From the IMG/VR virus record IMGVR_UViG_3300011339_000778, positions 1 through 24,776 of that record: DNA of 24,776 nt; one strand, 5' to 3'. How positions within the stretch are numbered: the first letter of the stretch is position 1; every line of letters begins with the position of its first letter. This stretch comes from a virus (taxonomy: Duplodnaviria; Caudoviricetes). The notes beneath the pieces are model-generated. The model made no database searches and was not told where the DNA came from. It worked only from the letters and a program-made list of their open reading frames with translations. A program made the position numbers and the translations under genes. Shown in pieces: positions 1 through 8,672 of this stretch.

Positions 1-94
1 CTGGTGCTGATACTTCAATCTGCCATCCATCATCGGTGGCTACCTTTGTGATTTCTGCTCCAATTTTTAATGCTAATTTTTCTACTTTATTCAT
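1..94 (-). CDS. Partial small hypothetical protein (MNKVEKLALKIGAEITKVATDDGWQIEVSAP...), runs off window start
   Basis: Manual translation from ATG at 94; open to the edge; preceded by a promoter-like element at 125-152. Confidence 0.6.
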   Translation of the reverse strand, partial: MNKVEKLALKIGAEITKVATDDGWQIEVSAP

Positions 95-124
95 AATACT
101 TTCACCACTCTCGGTGACGCGCTC

Positions 125-152
125 ATCCTACCCAATCGTTTCGCTATGTAAA
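125..152 (-). promoter_or_regulatory. Sigma70-like promoter TTTACA-16nt-TAGGAT with upstream A-tracts
   Basis: Read on minus strand in AT-rich intergenic DNA, ~30 nt before ATG at 94. Confidence 0.45.
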
Positions 153-283
153 GAATTATTTTCATTTATTTTCATTTTGTTCTAGGGGCTTTATTCTACA
201 AGGGTTTTTTCGCTTCGATTTCGTTTTCTTGTGACATAAAGTTTTGAGTGATTATTTCCTTCCACGGATGAGCTAGGCGTTCT

Positions 284-1522
284 TCACAGACAATCCTCCT
301 GTGTGATCTCATCATCAAAGTTGCCAGCACCGGTGACTCTTGCGGGTCTTGGATCTGACTGAAGCACCAGTTTTGGAGATCCGTCTGACTGCTGGACCAG
401 TTGGTCCCAACGTCCCAAGAATCTTGGTGATTGCTTCTCTAGTGGTGTGCCATTCTTCTTCAGCACTTTCTCAATCTGTGCAGGACTGAGCAACTTCTTT
501 GGTGCATATTTTTCTGCTGCTGGGATCTTACGCAGCAACTTGTCAACCTCTGACTCACTGCTCCACTTTCTGTTGCCCTTGCCACCATCGATGGTCTTCA
601 GACCACAGATGCTTTGCCCTGCTTCGATCAACTCCAGTGTGTTCTCGTTGAGTTCATCAAAGAACTTGCTGATCTCCTTTGACTTCATCGCGATCCGCAC
701 ACGGACGGCATCGGTGATCTCCACCTTGGCAAATTGCTCCTTGTCAATCTCACCCTTAAGTGGGTTGACCTCATCTGGCAGACCATCAAACATGGCACCC
801 ACTCTGGTGGCACACACCCGGCGAGCATCACAGAAGCGACAAGCATCATATGATGGTGTCAACATCGATGCATCTGCTGCTTTGCTGAGTTTGTATGAGT
901 CGAAGATCCGTTCACCAATCTCAACCATTAACTCACCCAGTGTGGTGGTCCACACTTCCGCTGTGCCATCAAATGAGTGGTGGCGCGGCTGGTAAATCGC
1001 CATGGTCACCGGTGTGGTCTTGGTGAACTTGTGACCCTGTGACTGGAGCAACTCCACCAGACTGATGGCATAGATGGCAAGTTGATCATTGCCTTCAGCA
1101 CTGACCTTCTCACCCACTCCATACTTGAGATCAAGAATGTTGATGCCCTTGTCACCCACCACAGCAAAGTCAATGGTGCCATGCACCTTCTTGTTGTAGT
1201 AGAGTGGCACTCTTTGCTCAGTGTATACTGTGGCACCACCGTGCATCTGTTCTGCCAGTTCATCTGCATAGTCGAGATATCCACCAAGATGCTCCAGAAA
1301 TGACTCTGGGATCTCGGAACGGACTATGTCACCCTTGAGGCATCGATCTGCCCAGTCGTGTGCCTCGGTGCCTTCCAGTGAATACGCTGTGTCAACCTTG
1401 GCAGGGATCATCCCTGCTGCCTTGCACTGTGCGATGTATGCCACAGATCCGGCACATCCGCGCCATTGTTTGGCGGCAGATGCTCCCCAAGCATAGTGTG
1501 TATTTTCTGGTGGTGTGTTCAT
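284..1522 (-). CDS. DUF2800-family Cas4-like PD-(D/E)xK nuclease
   Basis: WRGCAGS, EGTEAH, TEQRV, GTIDF, ILDLKYG, QLAIYA and CRFCDARRVC motifs (four Cys as in Fe-S Cas4/AddB-like nucleases); replication-module context. Confidence 0.85.
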   Translation of the reverse strand: MNTPPENTHYAWGASAAKQWRGCAGSVAYIAQCKAAGMIPAKVDTAYSLEGTEAHDWADRCLKGDIVRSEIPESFLEHLGGYLDYADELAEQMHGGATVYTEQRVPLYYNKKVHGTIDFAVVGDKGINILDLKYGVGEKVSAEGNDQLAIYAISLVELLQSQGHKFTKTTPVTMAIYQPRHHSFDGTAEVWTTTLGELMVEIGERIFDSYKLSKAADASMLTPSYDACRFCDARRVCATRVGAMFDGLPDEVNPLKGEIDKEQFAKVEITDAVRVRIAMKSKEISKFFDELNENTLELIEAGQSICGLKTIDGGKGNRKWSSESEVDKLLRKIPAAEKYAPKKLLSPAQIEKVLKKNGTPLEKQSPRFLGRWDQLVQQSDGSPKLVLQSDPRPARVTGAGNFDDEITQEDCL

Positions 1523-1695
1523 AGGTTGATGATCATGTTGAGCAAAATGCCGGTGAGGACTCCGAAAGCATAGAGTGCCACAATGCCAATGACTGGCACT
1601 TTAGTCTCATATCGACGCAGACGATCATATCTGCGGTGGTTGTTGTTGATCGGGTGGCGTTGGATGCCCAGCAGTTTTTTAGTTTCTTGTGTCAT
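1519..1695 (-). CDS. Small membrane protein (58 aa; alternative start 1740)
   Basis: C-terminal hydrophobic helix VPVIGIVALYAFGVLTGILLNMII; ATGA overlap with next gene; A/C-rich leader before ATG 1695. Confidence 0.65.
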   Translation of the reverse strand: MTQETKKLLGIQRHPINNNHRRYDRLRRYETKVPVIGIVALYAFGVLTGILLNMIINL

Positions 1696-1812
1696 ATTGT
1701 TTGGTTCTGTTTGGTAAATTTGATTCTCTCTGGTTGTCATGTTTTGAAGTCATCGCTGACAGGTATTGTTTTATCCTTGGTCACCACCCAAGCACCAGAG
1801 AGAAAAGTTGTT

Positions 1813-2250
1813 TTATTTGACCATCTCGAGTGCGGTGGTCAGTGCCATCTCAATGGCAGGATAGAATGATTTGTCGCAGGTGCTGATCTTCTGACCAGCA
1901 ATCCCTGCACCGTCAAGAAGGTCACGCAGTGCAGCCGGTGAGTTGAAGGCGATGAATGACTTGGCAAGATTGGTGATTGACTCCACCGTTGGTGCTTTGA
2001 CCACCAGAGTGGGTGTCTCCTCTTCCTCATCCTCCAGAGTGATCTCTGGTGTGATGATCGATGTGATCGGTGCTGGTGGATCCACTGGTGCCGGTGGTGT
2101 GACCTTCTCCTTCTTGATCTTCGGTGTCGGTGCTGGATCCACTGGTGCCGGTGTCGTGATCGGTGCGGTGGTGAGTTGGCTGATGTCAATGCCCTTCTCA
2201 AGGATTGAGCAGAGACGGTCCAATGATGGGATGCTGATTGTGATGTTCAT
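1813..2250 (-). CDS. Hypothetical protein with Pro/Thr-rich linker and small helical C-terminal domain, of the type usually found upstream of DUF2800 genes
   Basis: 145-aa ORF; short N-terminal segment, PAPVDP repeats, C-terminal helical domain; synteny. Confidence 0.7.
   Translation of the reverse strand: MNITISIPSLDRLCSILEKGIDISQLTTAPITTPAPVDPAPTPKIKKEKVTPPAPVDPPAPITSIITPEITLEDEEEETPTLVVKAPTVESITNLAKSFIAFNSPAALRDLLDGAGIAGQKISTCDKSFYPAIEMALTTALEMVK
2077..2153. repeat. 20-bp perfect direct repeat TGGATCCACTGGTGCCGGTG (2077-2096, 2134-2153)
   Basis: Seen directly; encodes PAPVDP twice on minus strand. Confidence 0.9.
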
Positions 2251-2291
2251 AGTATTTGGTTGATGTGTAAATGGTTAGATGTTACGCCCAG

Positions 2292-2320
2292 AAAACCCCA
2301 CCCAATTCAATGGGTGAGGT
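2292..2320 (-). terminator. Intrinsic terminator-like hairpin
   Basis: Minus-strand ACCUCACCCA-UUGAAU-UGGGUGGGGU followed by UUUC, just after the stop at 2338. Confidence 0.6.
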
Positions 2321-2337
2321 GATGCTGATGTGGTGTA

Positions 2338-2502
2338 TTATTTTGATACAGTGAATTGCCCTGCTTTGCTTAAAATTTTAACAATTGCACCAAATTCTCT
2401 GAATGTAATTTTACTTCTGCCATATGCTTTTTGTGCTAATCCCCAGACCCTTAGGTTTGGATTTGTTTCTGCTGCTTTTTTGATTGTGGTGTATGTTGTC
2501 AT
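2338..2502 (-). CDS. Small basic hypothetical protein (54 aa, MTTYTTIKKAAE...)
   Basis: ATG at 2502 follows an A/C-rich leader; own promoter upstream and hairpin downstream; the longer ORF-track start overlaps the promoter. Confidence 0.65.
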   Translation of the reverse strand: MTTYTTIKKAAETNPNLRVWGLAQKAYGRSKITFREFGAIVKILSKAGQFTVSK

Positions 2503-2546
2503 ATTGTTTGTTTGGTTCGTTTGGTTCAGTGCCTCGCGGCGGGGAT

Positions 2547-2576
2547 AGACTAGCATACACTTTTGTATATCGTCAA
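2547..2576 (-). promoter_or_regulatory. Sigma70-like promoter TTGACG-18nt-TAGTCT with extended -10 TG
   Basis: Read on minus strand in the intergenic gap; A-tracts upstream. Confidence 0.55.
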
Positions 2577-2630
2577 CATTTATTTGCGTATTTTTCCACA
2601 TTTGTTGAAAATAGTTCTACAGCCTATATA

Positions 2631-4985
2631 CTAGAAAGGATCCATGCAGTCGTCAATTGTCACTTCTTCACCTTTTTTCGGCATGATCACCCAATAAAAT
2701 GCACCATTCTTCTTCTTCGGTGAGATCATCGATGACTCATCACCTGAGTAGATCACCCGGTCTGAATGTGTTTTTGTTAGATGTTGGAGTTGACTGATCA
2801 GCACCTTGGGTGATGGACAGAATCTGCTGAACTGCATCTGTGAGTTGCGAGTGCCAACATCACTGAGAATCTCAAACAAGGCACCCACTGTGCCGGTCCA
2901 TGCTTCTGGCTTCTCATCCTCCTCAAACAACTGGCAGAACAGTCTGCCATGTGCAGCACCATCGATGCGTTCAATGAGTGAATGCTCTGGGCTGCCCTCG
3001 TTGATCAGGTCCAGCACACTTGGGTTGTGGTAGGACAAAGTGGGGAATCGTTTGGCTGGATCCACAATGTGTGCAGGGATCACAAACTCCTCCAGCAAGA
3101 AGTGCAAGAATGCTGGCAACTCACTCAGGATCTTCTGCTGTGTTGGTTCATACCACCCAGCAGTGGTGTTGTCTATGAGACCACCAACCATGCTCTGTGC
3201 TTTGAGCAAGATGATCTTGTCCTTGATGCCCTCGTTCATCTGCGGCAGAGTGCTGATCGATGAGTTCTCCATATTCATGAGTCGAACAAATCTCCACCAT
3301 GGTTTGACTGGGATCTTGTCGGCAAACTTTTGGTGATAGTCACCACCGGTGCCAACAGTGAGTGACTTGATCTGCTCACCAAGTTTTGATCTGGACTTGA
3401 AGTCTGGCAGCAGCACACTGGTGTCATCGAGGAAAAGCAGTTCGCATTGGAACAGGTCAGAGTTGAATGCTGCACCATACTCAGAGAACATACTGTCGGC
3501 ATTGGTGCTGCGTCCACCAAGAAGGTGTGGCAAGATGTTATCCAGCAGCAGAGTCTTGCCACTGTTGACCTCACCAAGAATGTGGAGGAACTGACAAGGT
3601 GAGAACTTGGATTGACGCTTGCCATCGTTTCTGAATGCCTTGGCACTGGCACTGGTCCATCCGTAGAACACATCAAGTTGATGTGGTGAGTGGTCAAACA
3701 TGTGTGTGAGTAGTTTTTTGATGGTCCCCCAGTCACCCTTCCGTGGTTTGATCACTGTCGGGGATCTCATCACCAGATAGTCATAGCCATTCTCACTATG
3801 CACACCGGCACACCGTCCACTGGCACCCTGCATGATGGCATCGATTGGGTGGTGCATCTCCACTCCAGCAATGAAGGTGTCAACCGGGGACTGACCCTCA
3901 CCTGTCATCTTGATGCCTCGCATCCCCACATCGATGAGTTGACGTGCCATCGATCTGCCACTCAGTGAGATCCACTTGCCACTGATCGACTCGGTGTAGT
4001 ATTTCCCACCATGATAATAATACAGCACATCCTTGCAAGTGGTGATCGATGCCTCAAACCCAGCCACATCCCATTTGCCCTTGGCAATGGTTGTTGGGTA
4101 GTTGTCACCCTTGGGGTCAAAATACACCACACGCTGTGCAGATCTGCCATCATCAGCTGCACTCACGTTGGGCATCCTTGCCACCTGTGAGCGCACTGCC
4201 ATCTGTTTGTCTGCACCATAGAGACAGGCAATCGTGAAGATGGCATCCACCTCTGCCAGTGATGCTTGTCGTGCGTCAAACCAAAAGTGCAAAGACTTGC
4301 CACCAGTGTCCACCACCATCTTCAGAGGCACATACTTTGAGAGACTCATCGCGAAGGTGCTGAACTGCTGGACCACCTTCTCCTCTTTGCTGTCCATCTC
4401 CAGCAGCATGTATGGTCTGCTGGCTACGTTGGCATTGCACCGGGTGCTGAGTTTCTGTCCACCGTTCTTCTGATCGCGGATCCATGCACCTTCTATTGAC
4501 TTGAAGGTTGACGGGTTGAGAAATTTGAATGCATCGAGTGCCGGGTGTGGGTAGAGGTTGACCAGATCCTCGACAACCACCAAGGTGCCAGACTGTTTGC
4601 TCACCTCTTGGATCCCAATGATCTCATCTTGGAGAAATAGATTCTTGATGATGCTGGTGGTCTTGATGCCAGTCTTATGTGGTGATGCCTCCACAATGGT
4701 GGAGAGTGGTGTGCAGTTCAGCCGGTGCAGCAGCTTCTCATCTACGTCTGGCATGGTCACCTTGTCATCATCATCACCCGGCACATCAGTGGACCAGATA
4801 AGGTCAACCACACGTTGTGTGGCTGTGTGGTGGTCTGGTCTGGTGGAGTCATATATTCTCCTCAGATGCTCCAGTGTTTCTTCTTTGGATGCACCAGCAT
4901 TCTGGCATCTACGTGCTGCGGCTGGCAGCCCAGCATTGTGTCCCTCACCTGCCGGTGGCAGAGTTATATTTTCGATTTTGCTCAT
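2631..4985 (-). CDS. Primase-helicase: AEP/RepB-like primase fused to D5-like SF3 helicase
   Basis: Primase motifs YMLLEMD, VVDTGGKSLHFWF, D...RMP; Walker A GEVNSGKT, Walker B LLFLDD, motif C RLMN. Confidence 0.85.
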   Translation of the reverse strand: MSKIENITLPPAGEGHNAGLPAAARRCQNAGASKEETLEHLRRIYDSTRPDHHTATQRVVDLIWSTDVPGDDDDKVTMPDVDEKLLHRLNCTPLSTIVEASPHKTGIKTTSIIKNLFLQDEIIGIQEVSKQSGTLVVVEDLVNLYPHPALDAFKFLNPSTFKSIEGAWIRDQKNGGQKLSTRCNANVASRPYMLLEMDSKEEKVVQQFSTFAMSLSKYVPLKMVVDTGGKSLHFWFDARQASLAEVDAIFTIACLYGADKQMAVRSQVARMPNVSAADDGRSAQRVVYFDPKGDNYPTTIAKGKWDVAGFEASITTCKDVLYYYHGGKYYTESISGKWISLSGRSMARQLIDVGMRGIKMTGEGQSPVDTFIAGVEMHHPIDAIMQGASGRCAGVHSENGYDYLVMRSPTVIKPRKGDWGTIKKLLTHMFDHSPHQLDVFYGWTSASAKAFRNDGKRQSKFSPCQFLHILGEVNSGKTLLLDNILPHLLGGRSTNADSMFSEYGAAFNSDLFQCELLFLDDTSVLLPDFKSRSKLGEQIKSLTVGTGGDYHQKFADKIPVKPWWRFVRLMNMENSSISTLPQMNEGIKDKIILLKAQSMVGGLIDNTTAGWYEPTQQKILSELPAFLHFLLEEFVIPAHIVDPAKRFPTLSYHNPSVLDLINEGSPEHSLIERIDGAAHGRLFCQLFEEDEKPEAWTGTVGALFEILSDVGTRNSQMQFSRFCPSPKVLISQLQHLTKTHSDRVIYSGDESSMISPKKKNGAFYWVIMPKKGEEVTIDDCMDPF

Positions 4986-5008
4986 GGTTGGTTGTGGTTG
5001 AGATGGGG

Positions 5009-5037
5009 AGATTGTACTGAGGTGTATGAGTTGTCAA
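5009..5037 (-). promoter_or_regulatory. Promoter for primase-helicase: TTGACA with TACAAT (15-nt spacer) or CAATCT (17-nt spacer)
   Basis: Perfect -35 at 5032-5037, ~50 nt upstream of ATG 4985. Confidence 0.55.
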
Positions 5038-5272
5038 AACTATTTTTTGCCTTTTTTAGCCACCTCGGCAGGTCATTTCTAACACTGATTTGAGGTTGAG
5101 TGAACAAAATTCTGAGGTGGTGGTCAGAATGATTTCAGGGGATTATCTGCAAGAATTTATGCAGATAAGTGCAAAAAGGTGATTTGCAGAGATTTGTGCA
5201 GATGATTGACCCATCAAAAAAGTTGTGTTGCATGATTTGTGTTTCGTGCTGTTTTTTGCACAAATAAGAGAG

Positions 5273-5587
5273 AAACCTATATGTGCCAATGGTTTTTTCT
5301 TAGGGCAGCAAAATATGCCTGCCCTACCCACTGCCCCCCAAAAAACCATTGGTGCATATAGGTTTGCGGGGAATTAGGGCAGAGGGCAGTGATTTGTACT
5401 TCTATTAGTGGAGGGTAAAAATATAGTATATATTGGGTTTTTTCATGTGTTCTTCATGTTATCTCTTTATATATGGGTACAGAAGTGCTGCCCTCTGCCC
5501 TTTTCTGTTAGATTTGGCAAAATTGCTATACATACCAATGACTTTTTGGAGGGCAGTGGGTAGGGCAGTGAAAATTCCACTGCCCTT
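5273..5587. repeat. Nested inverted-repeat array with GGGCAG motifs around an AT-rich core; candidate replication origin/operator region
   Basis: 18-bp perfect IR 5319-5336/5551-5568; 14-bp perfect IR 5376-5389/5488-5501; 24/26 IR 5273-5298/5340-5365. Confidence 0.8.
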
Positions 5588-5800
5588 CAGATATCTTAAC
5601 TAATTTTTGACCATCTAACGGAAAATTTGAGGTGCAATGCTGGCACCGGACCAGTGGCACAAACATACAAAATAGTGCAGAAAAAGATTGCCAAAATGTC
5701 AAAACTGATTCACTCTCACCGCAGCACCACTGTGTGACCAGACTCAAATAAATTTGGGTTGAATGGTTGAGATCTGGCACACAGTGGGCAAAAATAAAAA

Positions 5801-5829
5801 TTGACAATGTGGGAAAATTAAGATAAGAC
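5801..5829 (+). promoter_or_regulatory. Rightward promoter TTGACA-17nt-TAAGAC
   Basis: Perfect -35 preceded by an A-tract; -10 ends 7 nt before ATG 5837. Confidence 0.6.
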
Positions 5830-5836
5830 CACACCC

Positions 5837-6082
5837 ATGGACAGATCCATTGATCACATCGCCAAACTTGAGGTAGGCATGAAAGAAGCAAGAGTGCTGG
5901 CAAGGGTCAGTGGCATCTCTGCAAGGGCGATTGCTCAAGATATGAATGACACCAGAGTCAATGTGACCAACTCACTATATGTCCTATCTCTGAAAGGGTT
6001 TGTGGTGGCAGATAGATCCACAGCACCGGCACGATATATTCTCACACCACTTGGCAAGGAGGCACAGAGATGCTTAGTCTGA
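5837..6082 (+). CDS. MarR-like winged helix-turn-helix protein
   Basis: SARAIAQDM..TRVNVTNSL HTH, then L..KGFV and YILTPLG wing pattern. Confidence 0.75.
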   Translation: MDRSIDHIAKLEVGMKEARVLARVSGISARAIAQDMNDTRVNVTNSLYVLSLKGFVVADRSTAPARYILTPLGKEAQRCLV

Positions 6083-7851
6083 CCGACATCATCAATGCAC
6101 TCACCGGCAAAGGTGTCACTCCATCGTGGTTCAGATCCAGAGAGTGGGCGACAGTTGACCCTGCGATCCGCAACAGGTCATTCTTCAGTGCTACCATCGG
6201 CAGTGCCAAGGTCCTGAACAAGATGAGGTCAATGCTCCTCGACTGGCAAGAAGGTGCCACTGAGCAGACACCCGGCGGCATTGCTTACAAAGAAGTAGGA
6301 CTGGCAAAATTTAGAGAACGTGCGGCAGAGTTTTTGATCCAAGAAGGACTCGCAAAAGAAGATGACTATGCTGACCAGTCGATCAAGAATGTCATCAGCA
6401 ATGCCAGACTTCAACTCATCTACAACACCAACTTGGAGCAAGCAGCCACATTTGCCGCATGGCAAGCACAGATCAGAGATCCCTATGAGATCAACCGCAG
6501 ACCAGCAGCGCGATTCTTCCGCAGGTCCGGTGCCATCATCCAGCGACCAAGACACACAGCAGCAGAGGGTGATGTCCGGCGGTATGATGACTTCGCCTAT
6601 TGGACCTTTCAGAATGGCAATGACATTGGTGGGTTCGATGTTCCGTGGGGTCCGTATGGGTTCAACAGCTACATGGTTCAGGAGCCGGTGAGCAGAGCAG
6701 AGGCAGAGAGACTCGGACTGGTCCAGAAGGGTGAAGTGATCCCTGTGCCTGATGTCACACGGTATGGTGTGAGTCTTGGGTCACAGTTCAACCATGGGGT
6801 AGATGCCACACTGGATGATGTCACTCCAGAGATCCGTGCAAAGGCACAGAAGGCAATTGTGGCGCGTCTTGGACCCGGTGCCATAGGATCAGACGGAAAA
6901 CCCACACTGGATGCCTTAAAACAGGCAAGGGCGGCAATTGGCAGACCATTTGTGCCACCAGTTGTGCAGGTGCCTGTGGTCAAGACACCAAGACCCAGAG
7001 TGGCAAAGGTCACACCACCTGTGGTTGCTGCTCCTGTGGTGCCAGTCAGAACTTTTGACAGCATTAAGAGAGATCTTGACAAAGAGATTGAAAAATCAAA
7101 AGCAGTCATTGAGGAATTTGAGACAGCAGAGGCAGATCGTGAAAATTTGCACAAAGAGTGGTTGACCTCATATGCAAAAAATGACTCTACACTTACAAAT
7201 GAATTGAGGGAGAAAAAAGATGCTGCAACAAGCAGAAAAAGAAAAGTGCTGGACCAATATATGGAAGCACTTGAAAAATTTAGAGATGCAGTGAGCATAC
7301 CAATTGACAAGCGTGGCATCATTTCTATCTCATATGAGACACAGAAGGCAGCAGAAAAACTCAAGGGGTCCACCAGAGTTAGTGATGGTGTCTTGATTGC
7401 TGAAAGGTACACAGCAAAAGATTTATTGAGAGACATTGTGGTGGGGACAACAAGGGATGAGAGGGCATATGCTAACCCAGAAGTTTTCAGAATCAGAATC
7501 AACCCCAACACTACTGATGCCTCAGTTGTAGCACATGAGATCACCCATGTGACTGAGGTCAAAGGTGGTGTCTTACAACAAGCAATTGATTTTTTAGAGA
7601 TGAGGGCAAAAGGTGAGAAACCTGTCACACTTAAAAAGTTGACTGGTGTCAAATCCTACAAATCATATGAGGTTGCATACAAGGACAAGTGGGTTGATTT
7701 GGGTGGCAGAGCATACACTGGAAAGATTTACCCAGACGCAACTGAGATCCTGACCATGGGGATTGAGAGGTTGCACAGAAACCCTGCACAGTTCTATAAA
7801 ACAGATCCACAATACTTTGAGTTTGTGGTGAGAACACTCCAACAATTATGA
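6070..7851 (+). CDS. MuF-like head morphogenesis protein with C-terminal zinc metallopeptidase-like domain
   Basis: N-terminal RSFFSA, RLQLIYNTN, RPRH, PWGPYGFNS MuF-like motifs; Pro/Val linker; coiled coil; HEITH (7534-7548) and downstream TEILTMG. Confidence 0.75.
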   Translation: MLSLTDIINALTGKGVTPSWFRSREWATVDPAIRNRSFFSATIGSAKVLNKMRSMLLDWQEGATEQTPGGIAYKEVGLAKFRERAAEFLIQEGLAKEDDYADQSIKNVISNARLQLIYNTNLEQAATFAAWQAQIRDPYEINRRPAARFFRRSGAIIQRPRHTAAEGDVRRYDDFAYWTFQNGNDIGGFDVPWGPYGFNSYMVQEPVSRAEAERLGLVQKGEVIPVPDVTRYGVSLGSQFNHGVDATLDDVTPEIRAKAQKAIVARLGPGAIGSDGKPTLDALKQARAAIGRPFVPPVVQVPVVKTPRPRVAKVTPPVVAAPVVPVRTFDSIKRDLDKEIEKSKAVIEEFETAEADRENLHKEWLTSYAKNDSTLTNELREKKDAATSRKRKVLDQYMEALEKFRDAVSIPIDKRGIISISYETQKAAEKLKGSTRVSDGVLIAERYTAKDLLRDIVVGTTRDERAYANPEVFRIRINPNTTDASVVAHEITHVTEVKGGVLQQAIDFLEMRAKGEKPVTLKKLTGVKSYKSYEVAYKDKWVDLGGRAYTGKIYPDATEILTMGIERLHRNPAQFYKTDPQYFEFVVRTLQQL

Positions 7852-8135
7852 GCAATACATCCCCAGACTTTTCTATTGTCAAGTTCACCATGCTTGGTGT
7901 CACCTACCTTTTCAAAGGCAGCAGTGGCAAAGTATTGATTGTGTCTGGCAAGGAGGTTCTGCCAATCAAAGCAGACATTGAGGCATCACTTGTGGGTGCA
8001 ATCACTCAACATGTGCCAGCAAGTGATCAGATTGTTGAAGCACTCACTGCATCTGGCTATGGTGCATCTCTGCCAGTGATCACCTACACTGAGAACCAAC
8101 CACAGGACACACTTCCAGAAGGAGCAATCTCATAG
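7848..8135 (+). CDS. Hypothetical protein (95 aa), candidate immunity/partner of the MuF C-terminal domain
   Basis: ATGA-coupled to the MuF gene and fills the gap to TerS; function inferred from position only. Confidence 0.6.
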   Translation: MSNTSPDFSIVKFTMLGVTYLFKGSSGKVLIVSGKEVLPIKADIEASLVGAITQHVPASDQIVEALTASGYGASLPVITYTENQPQDTLPEGAIS

Positions 8136-8138
8136 ACT

Positions 8139-8672
8139 ATGGCAGCAAAGAAAACAGCATTGGTCAAGAAGGCACCAGCGAAGATGGGCAGACCCACCAA
8201 ACGCAATGATGGTGTCATCAAGGCAATTCTTGAGGGTCTTGGCAATGGCACACCACTCACTGTCATCTGTCGTGAGCAGGGCATCACAGACACTCTTGTG
8301 AGGCAGTGGTCAGAGAAGGATGCAGCACTTTCTTACGGCATCGCGGCAGCAAGAAGGTTGGGATTTGATGCCATCGCATCAGAGGCATTGAGGATTGCAG
8401 ATGACAGAGACAACGACACAATCACAGATGATGATGGCAATCAGACCTGCAACAAAGAATGGATTGCCAGATCAAAACTGAGAGTGGAGACAAGACTCAA
8501 ACTGTTGGCGAAGTGGGATCCCAAACGCTATGGTGACAAGCCAGAGATCATTGTGAACAACAACAACACTGCGGCTGGCAATGTCAACCTCGGTCAGCAG
8601 CAAGAAGCGCAACTGGCACAACTTGTGGCAATGGCAAGAGCATCTGCCAAGAAGCAAATCATCGATGTATGA
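8139..8672 (+). CDS. terS: Terminase small subunit
   Basis: GRPTK then HTH; RSKLRVETRLKLLAKWDPKRYGDK signature; directly upstream of TerL. Confidence 0.9.
   Translation: MAAKKTALVKKAPAKMGRPTKRNDGVIKAILEGLGNGTPLTVICREQGITDTLVRQWSEKDAALSYGIAAARRLGFDAIASEALRIADDRDNDTITDDDGNQTCNKEWIARSKLRVETRLKLLAKWDPKRYGDKPEIIVNNNNTAAGNVNLGQQQEAQLAQLVAMARASAKKQIIDV

Noticed and set aside
284-1522. Cas4-like gene as part of a CRISPR-Cas system
   Set aside because: No array or other cas genes; DUF2800-type nucleases are routine in phage replication modules
2503-2601. N-terminal extension of the 87-aa ORF
   Set aside because: Overlaps the promoter-like element; ATG 2502 has the phage's typical leader
5273-5587. 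CRISPR mini-array or IS/MITE ends
   Set aside because: Repeats are mostly inverted and irregularly spaced; no unique spacers, transposase or target duplication seen
6678-7652. 324-aa antisense ORF and other long shadow ORFs (447-995, 16429-17037, 17062-17652)
   Set aside because: Antisense to well-supported genes, no motifs; scarcity of TA-containing codons makes open antisense frames likely
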